Assembly (NCBI RefSeq): GCF_018977255.1
Contig: NW_024705597.1
Location: 1-32,454, forward strand
DNA from: Callorhinchus milii
Lineage: Eukaryota
Direction of reading: 5' to 3'
Length of the DNA stretch: 32,454 nucleotides
Part shown: piece by piece, positions 13,701 through 23,500 of the stretch
Layout: each line of letters begins with the position of its first letter
How positions within the stretch are numbered: the stretch's first letter is position 1
Position numbers and translations under genes: made by a program
Notes under the pieces: model-generated
What the model saw: only the letters and a program-made list of their open reading frames with translations
Told to the model about the DNA's origin: nothing
The model's database searches: none

Positions 13701-14449
13701 TGAGTGAGGAGCTCAGGATGGTGGTGCACGGACTCCTGCACGACGACGGGAGTGGCCGTCGGCCACCGGGCACCGTGGCCACGTTGCGAAGAGCCGCTCT
13801 GGGGGTTGCCGTGACTCTCAGCGCATATGCCGTGCACCTGCAGACCCCAGCGACGAGCAGACGGGCTCCATCGCAGTGTTCATACGGCAGCTGTGGAACG
13901 CCGAGCAGCGAGGGCGCGCGGCAGAACGTGTGCGCCGACGTCACCCGAAGTATCACCACAGCCACGGACGGCATCAACCCAACCGCGAGAAACATCAACC
14001 ACCCAGCTACCAGCGACATCAACCCAAACATCATCAGCAGCAGCAGCATCATTGCCAGCGCTGTCCGTCGAGACGTGCACTCTCTTGGAACGCCTCCGTT
14101 CGAGCAGAGATCCCCTGGCCTCGATTCTGGGCTCGGTGGCCGCCGCCGTGCTGATGGCGACGCGCCTCGCCGAGGAGGGCGACCCCACGCTGGTGGACGA
14201 GATGGTGCGGCACATGGCGTGTGGCTGCTGCCACCATGCGTTCGACACCGTGGCACACCTCGTGCCGTGAATGGCGCCGTGGCAGGAACGAGATTGCCGC
14301 TAGCAGTGTACCGGAGCGTGCACACGCTCCAGGCTCCGGCGGATGTCTCACGTCTCGGCTTGCCGCCTGTCACGCTCTTCTCCCCCAGCTCTTTCCATTT
14401 TTTTGTGGTTAGTTGTCCTCGAAATCTGTCGGTCCTCCCAGGACAATGA
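1..14449 (+). CDS. Giant acidic low-complexity (probably intrinsically disordered) protein, single giant exon, 5'-truncated by the window and fragmented by frameshifts
   Basis: Abutting or overlapping + strand ORFs (31..906, 1500..2327, 2255..3400, 4140..4838, 5731..6552, 8231..9412, 9409..10950, 10997..14449) share the same E/T/S/D/K-rich composition and join across 1-nt frame changes. Within the tandem repeat the breaks are copy-private indels in short homopolymers. No intron-like interruption seen. The true stop or splice donor near 14270-14449 is uncertain. Confidence 0.85.
5000..8080 (+). repeat. Older diverged internal duplication (~1.25-1.3 kb period, two copies plus a partial third)
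   Basis: Paired segments: GACACTGACAC..ACAAAAA ~5050/~6355; TQPES.TLK.PPE in both copies; TDKSDSEE ~5403/~6708; RKKSIIDI 5851/7094; PEVEFGI 6211/7454. Partial third copy ~7750-8080 (SP..DEM.A, ESVSQ.EIE). Confidence 0.85.
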
Positions 14450-15034
14450 CAGTCCCCATTTCTGTCAATTGCGTGAAATAATACACCTCTCAAGAGATGC
14501 ATTTACCTATAGTTATCCCTCTACGGGAATTGTGAGATATTCCCCCCCCCCCCCATATGTCTTCATTTTTTCTACAGCACAGGTGGCAACCATATACCAC
14601 ACGTATCATGTCTTGGGTGAAAATTTTGATGGGACTTACTTTTTTCTGCAACACCAAAAACTGAAATTCACGTGAAGAAGGTCACTGTGGCTGCTTTGGA
14701 ATGGCTGGCGAATGTGACGGGCAAAGCATCAGCACATTGTCATCGTTGGCCGTTGCCGCCATCTTGCTTGCAGTCAACGTTCAGTCGGTGCCACTGGAAA
14801 TGACCTCATGGCCATTCAGTGAAAGATGTTGGCGTGGTTTATTTTTTACAGAACTACAAAATGATAACGCAATAATTTGTTTGTTATTTTTATGTCATTT
14901 GCAGATGATTGAGGTATGCGGAATTAACGAAATAGAGAATGAAAACACATTTCGTTTTTTTGTTAAAGTTCTGCAATGACTGCATTGCAGTCATTTCATA
15001 GGATGCAGTCATTGTAATGAAAAGCCAACCGAAA

Positions 15035-15130
15035 TGTGCATGAAGGGAAACTATTGGTCTGTGAATGACATTTAATGGAATCTTACTTGTGCATGAAGGG
15101 GGGAATTTGATTGGTATGATTTTAATAAGG
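15035..15130 (+). repeat. Short diverged tandem duplication (~53 nt)
   Basis: TGTGCATGAAGGG at 15035 and 15088, each followed by ATTGGT..TTTAAT. Confidence 0.6.
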
Positions 15131-15148
15131 TTTACTAATTAGGTCATT

Positions 15149-15154
15149 AATAAA
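15149..15154 (+). promoter_or_regulatory. Possible polyadenylation signal AATAAA
   Basis: AATAAA in an AT-rich stretch ~700 nt after the end of the large ORF. The hexamer alone is weak evidence. Confidence 0.25.
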
Positions 15155-17487
15155 AACACTCAATAGTTTAAGATGATAGAAACATTTTCTTCAAGATATA
15201 CTTTATAAACCATAGAGAAATTCCACAAGTATGTTATGTCAGTTACAACAACAAAAAAGACTAATTTTAGGAAGTTAAGAATGATAATCATGTCAGAGTT
15301 GCGCTGGCACAACTGAGAAGCTGGATTCTAATCTAGGCAGCTGCCTGCGATTCAACCGGGTTCTCAAGTGTGGCACTTTGATGGTCTCGGCGGCCTGGTC
15401 AGTAATGCTGCACAAAAAACAATAATATTAAATTTAGTTCTGCACTTAATGTAGCTAAAATCCAACTCTCAGAACTAGATATATCGGCTTTACTGTCGTG
15501 TGATGAATGTTATTCATCAATATGCAGAGCAGGTAGGAAATTGCTGCCCTCTACTGTATAGATCAACGGTCACTGGAAGAGATCTCAGAGGTAGCTCTGT
15601 GATATCCACTTCCATGGACCGTTATCTAACCTGAAAGGATTGCACTGCTCTGCGAGAGTTGCTAATGGATTCTTTGTCTTACGATGCGACCCGATAACAC
15701 AATCAGGATCAAATTGGGTGACTTTTTCAAAGAAAGATGATTGTGTAGTTGCAAGGAACATAACATCCACAAATATGTTGACAAGATAACTTGGTCTATT
15801 TGTTTCTGCTGTACCTGACACATTTGTGGAATTATCTCATACCTTGTGGTAAATTCTAATTTCTTGTTTTCAGCAAAAGTTCAGCAGGCCGCGTGACCCT
15901 GGGAAAAAGGTGGTATAGCTCAACGGGCTTTATTTGGGAAATAATCTTATGAACTTGATGAAAATAGCAGTAACTGCCACATTTCTCAAAAATAACAACC
16001 AAAGTTTTACCAACAATTCATTTTTGGATTAAATCATTTGTTTAATGAAATATATAATGAATCCTGTATTAACGAAATTGACGTAAGAAGGTGTTTGGCA
16101 GGGGTAATGGTTACATGATGTGTCAAGTCAGAAGCTCGTGGCCCTATGAGTGGTGGCCATTGCTCACTGGTTACCTGTTTAGGAGCACTCAGCCGAGCTG
16201 TAAACATTCAACTTTACCGTGACAACATAAAGGCTCAATAAGGAACAAAACAACCTCCGCTCACTTCCATTGCCAGATGATGCAGCCTCAAGGTATAGTG
16301 ATCACCTTACAGACTCTAGATTCGGGATTGTTTTTTACATTCAATTTACAATGGAACATTCGATTATGATCCTGACCAGGATTTGAAATCTCGACCCAAA
16401 AATTGTCATTCTAGGTGAAATGCAGAAACTGTAGCACGTGGGGCCCTGATTCTCACATTGTCAAAAGCTAAATTTGGAGGTGGCCATTTGATTCCGTGGC
16501 CGACATTGCCGAGGTCCCCTGACATTCAAACCCGGGCAGTTTATTCCAAATTGAGTCCGAATAAACTGTGTTCTCAAATTCAGCGAGATGATGCCATCTC
16601 ATCGGTCGCTTACATTAAACTTGGCTTTTCAGTTAATTTGGCAAAATTTTAGCAGTGACAATTTAAAAGATACATTTCGGTTTCACTGCCATGTGACGAA
16701 GGTCTCTGCAGCAGGGTGCACGTGGATGTTCAGCACGCCTCGTGTGGATAAGAGGCCACTTGAAGGGATGTCGGAAGAAGTTCTGTGATATCTCCTTCGA
16801 CGGGCCGTTTTCTAACACGGGGTGATGCGTTGCTCTGCGGCACAACTCCGAATGGACATTTGTTCGTCACGTGACATGGCACTGTAGCACAATCGGAATT
16901 AATTGAAAGAAGGCATCAATTGCCTCTTGATGTTCAAGATGTTAATGCCTTTGACCAAATCGCCCAGAATATGCCAAATTTCGTCAGATCTCGGAAGCTA
17001 AGCATGGTTGAGCCATGGATCGTGCTTCGATGGCGACCACCACCTTGCACAACAGGTGTTATAGGCGGCTGCGAGGGCTACGTCGTCAGCATGGGGAAGT
17101 GCAGCAAAACCCATTGTTGTACGGTACTATGCTCCAACGTCTATGCTCCCAACTTTCACTGACCAACTTGGTGAAGTATGGTCAAACAACCCTGAAGAGC
17201 AGTCTGGCCTGGAGAGGCGCTTGTGCATCATCAATACCACACCTCCCGAGACACAGAAGAAGGGCCCCATGTTGAGCTTCTGCAAGCACCCTCGCTCACG
17301 TCCAGCGTTGTCGTCTAAGATAAGCAAACACTGAACAAGAGTTGTCGACTACGAGGCTGTATATTTAAGGCATCATTGAGCAGAGCAGCAGAGTAGTGCT
17401 ATTTGTGGCGGTGGGCGTTTGCGGAGTGTATGATGTTCTTCATGGTTGTGTAAAACCAACATTGCTGTTTTACTTCTCATGATCAAG

Positions 17488-17517
17488 NNNNNNNNNNNNN
17501 NNNNNNNNNNNNNNNNN
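17488..17517. other. Assembly gap (30 N)
   Basis: Run of 30 N. Confidence 1.
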
Positions 17518-20500
17518 AAGATTGTCTATAATACGTCCTTACAGTATCTCGACTGTAATGCTACTCAGTTATTATTAACATATTGCCACGTTTATAATTT
17601 ACATAGCTGAACGGACCCAGGCTAGTTAGTTTCGCCGCCGCGCAAGAGCGATTGTACCCGTGACCAAATACCCCTCTCGGAACTGAAGATTTTCTTTCGG
17701 AGCAGGTACGAATTGCGCTTTAACGGCTACTCGCTGGACATTACTGTGCAGCGGCCTCTCTCCAACCTAGATGCAAGACGAGCCAGGATTGCCACTGATA
17801 CTGCTGATCTCACAATTCGGGGTTATCCGTTATAACGTTGCCCTAGATACGCAACAGTAGTTCACAAGTTCGTGAAATGACCGCGAACTGATCATCCCTG
17901 TTGAACTGCAACGTACCATACACGTAATAACAGGAATATGGATTTGAGGCCACTATCAGCGACCGGTCCAAAACTCGACTCTGTCTATAGTTTAAATCTA
18001 CCAATGCAGCCGGAGCCTTAGAGCCTGCTCAGGAGAAGTCCTATGGTACAAGAGAACTCTATGGGAAATCAGTGGGGCTGCTAGATGCCTCTCTGACCAG
18101 CTTCTTTCAGCTGGGACTGCCCCTTAGCTACCAGTCTCACTTCTCAGCAAAATTGACCTGCAACGTATAAATTCTGGCATAAACCTCGGTAAGCAACCCT
18201 AGGGTGTATGTTGTCCGGATTGCTTCCCAAGAAACCTGCCGCGCGAATCCACACCTAGATATGCACATTTACGCTTCGATACGCGTAGGATTAACAGAAC
18301 ATATAGACCGGGTCCGAATTCGGGAGTAGAAGGATCGCTAACCTGGCCAAGGGCTGTCGCCGATACTACTATTTGAATCTAATAGGCATCGCAGAGTAGG
18401 CGACTGACTTTGTAGGGTAGGAGAGCCGGTAGAGACCCACGTTCCGGTATTGCTACAATCGTACAGATCGAGACTCGCTTGCGGTGTGGGCTGAATGCAG
18501 CCGACCGCAAGGCGGCAACATGCCACGATGCAGCGGAACGGGGGGTTTACTCGGGTCTCCGAAGTGCTGGGTCGTAATGGCGAGCGAAACGAATTATCTT
18601 GTATAATCATGTAAAGTCCGCGACATCCGCACAGGAGATTACACTGGTGGGCAGCATCCAGACTAGATATGATGTCACCGACGTGTATGCACCAGCTCTC
18701 TGACTTCAGAGTGTTGACCAATTAGTCAACCTGTACTGGCGGCTTTAAGAGACTGCACCAAGCATATGTCCCGTTTAGATTGGTTGTGACACTACAGATG
18801 GAGCGCGGAGGGCAAGCAGACGGCCAGAGCTGTGGTGGCGATGCGCCTTCCGGATCTATGCATAAGTCGAAGGATTGAGCCGAGGTCAGGATTCAGGAGG
18901 TAGGATCGTGGGAAATACTTGAGGTCTTACGGGCTGTAACTAGGGCATCTTAATCGAATGGAATTTAGTGTATCACATTCATGTTGCATTACGGGAGGTT
19001 AGAGCCGGAAGTTTCTAGAAATCAAATAAGGTGTTTACAGTCCCTTTGGCTAACAGCACTTTTTGGGTCTTACTACGCGATGACTTTCGCCCGTCACGAA
19101 TGGAGAGTCTTCAGCGACGCGATATTATACGTTTAGAGGTTCGAGGCGCTACAGGTTATAGAGATGGTTTATTTAGCTTATGTCGGTGTACATCGTTACA
19201 CCGACAATTATCTAATACCATAGAGAAAAGAGTGTATGCGAGATACACTGACTTGTGGGTCTGTCGCCGGCTCCGGTATACCTTTAACGCTTCTCCGATC
19301 CCATAATGTAAGGATCCAACCTAGGAAGAGGAGTCCGTAGAAAGTATTGGTTGGCAATGGTAATGCTGGTTCGTACACTCTCTTGAACCGGCGCGTGGTA
19401 TTATGAACGCAGTAGGGGCGATGAAAGAACAGAACAAGCGCATTGCTGTGTTAGACTGGTCCACAACCGGACGTATAGGTTTTTTCGACACTCATAAAGC
19501 TAAGTTCTTATTAGGCCAATCGGGAGAACAGTAACTGACATAATGGTGGGGGGCTTGCATTGGGCCCCACGTTTGATTCGTAAGAACTGTTCCTTTTCTC
19601 AGCACCATGAGGTAACGTCAAAGGCCACTTACGGCTCACGAGTAATGTTCACATTTGAAGTGGATTTAGACGATGTAGTGATGATGGTTATGCGCAGCTA
19701 GCAGAGTCTACTACTGCGGACAGAATTAAGTTAACCATGAATGATCCCGCGGGCCACGACGAGCGCAGTGCACGGAACGTGCGCCTGCTCCCTTCGGTAG
19801 ATACACAGTCAGTAAAGGGAAGAACACCTAAATAGCAGGTACGGTTCCATATCCTACTAATGTTTTAAGTATCCTCCTCTCCATGGCCAGCTTGTTCTGG
19901 CACATTGACTTTATGGTTCAGCTATTAGACGACCGAAGCTTGTTTTCGACATGACAGCATAGGCTCCAGTACGTGATTATGGACTTAAGCCCACCAGTGA
20001 ACTTAATTGAAGTATCTACAGTCCACCGTTGTGACACCTTTAGTTGGCCTTAGAGGTCCCCCCCGGTCTGGTCGTATCATGACGAATAGAACCTGTAGTC
20101 TCCATTCCATAGTTTCAGGCACAGAATTACAGAAAAATAGATTGCCAAGAGTAAATTAGAACGAAGGTTAGGTTATAAGGAATTCGGAGATCTGACTTGG
20201 ATCTCGGCAAGCCGGCGGAAACACGAGTACTCCTCCCCGTGAAGGCAGTAAAGGCCAACGTCTTAGTAGGCATCCCTTATAATGGCAAACGTTACCTAAT
20301 AGTCCGCCCGCGGATAGACGTCAAACGTCCGATATTGGATAGATGAAACGGGGTGAGCAGCCGAATATTACCTTACGCCCGAGAATGGTACAGTTCGATC
20401 GGCTCGGGTCTCCAGATGGCCACTAACAGAGTTAACTAAAGAGAACCCTTATGGTATGCGACCGGCGAGACTAAGTAATTTGGCTATACTAGACTGGTAT

Positions 20501-23500
20501 AGTAATGTGGTAATTAGCATTCTCCAAACCAAAGTAGCAGGTGTGCCCTGAGACAATTTTCAAACCCTAAGCATATGGATTGAATTGATCCTACTCCGCG
20601 AACTTGGTTATGCTTCATGCAGGCCCGGACGCCCAGGAACTCCCTTGAGGATTGAACCTTTTTGGCGAGGGCACACCGACCCTGCTCCTTGGCGATGCAG
20701 CTCCGAATGATAACTTGCTTGATAGTTACGTTATCTTTCGAGCTTAGTTTCATCCGGGTTGTCGTGGGGCTACCATGAACAAGCGAACACCTGATTTTAA
20801 AGCACCCTCACATCCGCACTCATCCGTCAACGATATTTAAAACTTTGGGTAAACCAACATAGCTGGCCGTTTCTGTTGGCCGGACTAGAGTGTAATACTG
20901 AAGCCCAATGTCTAGAAGATTTTTAGTTATCGATGGATTAAAAAGCATATTCGTCGCATCTCTAGAACGGACCGACTATAAAGACCGGCAACCGGCGCGA
21001 CGAACAAGTGAACAGTGTCGGTCGTCGGGAGGGGGGAAGCCCGAGTGATCAGACCAAGCCCAGAGCGGCCTGTAAGTACTCCTACAGACATTCTTATGTA
21101 AGTCTGCTATTTGGTGCTGGGAGTAGATTCTGTTGCTCAGAGGCTTTACCGTAGTGTCTAAACATAGATCGGAGTAGCCTAGTTTGGTCGGTCCTCCGAA
21201 CAGTACATGGTCCCAACGGTTAATACAGTAGTATCGCACTCGCTGCTCAAAAAAGCTCCGGCGTCATAGAACCGATATGCCTGCCTTTTTCAAAACGGAG
21301 AGACACAGATATCCCCCGCGTTAATTTTCATGCGAGTAAACCTCTGTCGTCAGTCGTTCATGTGAACGGGGTCTAATGCAAAGATCAGAATGGGAAGCGT
21401 CTCATGAACAGAAAGCAGATAAAACGGCCATTAAGGAGTAACACAACGTAGAAAGTACATGCAGCGCGCATTGGTCGAAAGCGATTTGAGTGTATCAATC
21501 GATATCACGAAGCTCAAGTAGAATGCCGAGATGGAATTCCAGGAGTCACCGATTGGTCTTTTCTAGGCTGTAATATCACGATATTACACCTTCAATGTAA
21601 GCAGAGGAGCCGGTGCCTTTGTGGATACACTAAGTGGAGAACCATTAACTAGTGGCCTCATGGTCGCGCCGTAAGCAGTGGCTGATTGGTGACCGTCGTG
21701 AAGATTACTACGTGGCTGTCAACGCTATGGGGCGGTTCACAACGTGGTTAGTACGTTAACGAAAATTGCACTTCCCGATCTTAGCGCCAAGAGTCTCCGA
21801 CACATTCACCTCATGTGTGGAAGACTCTAAAGTAACGTACTAGGACACTTACTTATCGCGCACTCTCGGTTGTTGCGGTAGATGGGCTCTCTTGTCGAGC
21901 ACCGAGGAGAGGGCCCGTTGCCCTGGAGATAGTATGCGGATCAAAGCCCGTACCCCCTCCATTATTGTCATGTATTCCAACGATTCCTCTGTGGCCTGTG
22001 CTTCTAAAGGCAGGAATCCCCCATAGCCCAAGATACCAGCTCAAACCAGGCCATTGTTCAGGCGTACTTGACCCGTATAGAGTCCTAGGTGCATTCCATA
22101 ATCATATCAGTCGTGCTTGTGACCGTCCCGAGCCCTACCCCCGTACTTGTCGATGGCGCGCCACTAACGTGCGGATGAGAACTCGCCATTTGCGTAGATT
22201 GACTAGAAACTTTAGGCTTAGTAAAGGCTAGAGTCGTTCCATGGGGACGTCAATTCACGTGGTGGTATTCAATGGATCTCAAGCTAGTCTGCAGAAGCGA
22301 TTGATTCCTGAAGCCTTGGTTCTTTAATGCAAACCGTCGTGCGCTATAGGAGGATATACGAGACTAGATTCCGTTTCGCCAATGACTTTTCATACAGTTT
22401 AGCTTTTCATTATGATGAGCGTAAAATTGAAGACAGTCATCAATCGGTACTGATAGGCGTGCCTCGTTGGCATGTACGGTTTTTAAATCATATCTGGGAA
22501 TTATACAGCGTCGCCGTTATGACGGTCTCCTCGTGTGATCAACTGAGCTTAGATACCACGTGAGGCTTGTAATCTGGCTCCAATCTCACTGCCGTGCATC
22601 AGGTCTAGAACTGCTCGAAACTGGGTGAACGGTGTTTGGGGTGACCACCCTATGAGGACAGTTAGTCTGGGGGCTTTTACGCCACTCTGGTTCGTAACTC
22701 GAAGGTCGGCTGTCAAAGCTATTGGGATGTTCACAGGTCCATTAAAGCGGTAAAGAGTTATGGACGGTACAGATACCGTTAATCCTAAAATGTTGTGACT
22801 AGCGCGTGTACAAGGGAACTCTACTAGCCCTCGACCGGCCACGCTGGGTACTACGATCTGCCGCACGATGGTATGCCGCTTATTGGAAAAAATTCAGCTC
22901 CAGGTTCAAAGAGATGGTATTGTATTACGCGAATGGGACGTCCAGCCTTTTAAGGCTTCGGACGCGTGTGACAGCGTGTGCTTCACCGAGGGTGCATACG
23001 CTTATCGACATCGTCAGTTTGTATCTACGTAATTCCATGAGCAACAAGGAAAGACCTTCGTGGGAAGAAGCGCTCTTCGCCGGATAGGCCATGCATTCAA
23101 TAATTGTTCGTTCCTTAAGCTGTGAAACCATTAGCATCAGCGACTAGATGACAGCATTTCAGGACCCGGTGGTGAGCGCGCCATAGAAGAATCGCACCTC
23201 GTCCAAGGAGAGATGAGATGCCCCACTACACAATATAATCGTTATAACAATTATAGAAGGTGACGCTTATTCTCTACGGGCACGAATCCAGGCTATTCAC
23301 GTTGGTGCTATGACCCGGCTGAAGCCTGTGAAGTTAACTTAACAATAGTAGGTCGTGTGCGCGGACCCACACTGCCGGTGCACGCCGGGGCCCCGTCGAT
23401 TAGGACTGCTTCGAGTGAGTATTCTCGCAATAGGTATACGTATTAAATGTCTTTGCGTACGAAAGATATCTTCCTCAAAACAAAGGCACATGCTGGACGA

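Larger units (their letters stand above)
14680..17487 (+). ncRNA. Candidate large structured RNA region (3' UTR or lncRNA) made of multiple nested stem-loop domains
   Basis: Many colinear nested stems, e.g. 14700-14711/14743-14754, 15463-15470/15654-15661, 15524-15532/15645-15653, 15766-15774/15822-15830, 16436-16447/17261-17272, 16635-16643/16972-16980, 16690-16700/16863-16873. Imperfections are mostly G-U on the + strand. No ORF longer than 92 aa starts in the tract. Family not recognised. Confidence 0.6.

Noticed and set aside
1..14449. Calling the large gene a pseudogene, or giving it a gene symbol (titin/AHNAK/MAP1B/ankyrin/AKAP-like)
   Set aside because: The indel pattern fits sequencing error, and no diagnostic domain is visible to justify a name.
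144..14502. Minus-strand ORFs over the giant exon (e.g. 144..497, 6063..6452, 13666..14502)
   Set aside because: Antisense shadows of a compositionally biased or GC-rich coding strand; several simply recur with the tandem repeat.
17191..17230. CTGAAGA as a possible hammerhead core inside the structured tract
   Set aside because: No stem II followed by GAAA and no cleavage triplet in the right position.
14680..17487. Identification as telomerase RNA, SRP RNA or a group II intron
   Set aside because: No CUAACCCU template, SRP-like conserved motifs or domain V consensus found.
18478..18511. Hairpin CTTGCGGT-gtg-GGCTG-aatg-CAGCC-g-ACCGCAAG (also a 7-bp stem at ~17539-17558)
   Set aside because: Isolated stems of this size are plausible by chance in 10 kb; no U-tract, repetition or supporting context.
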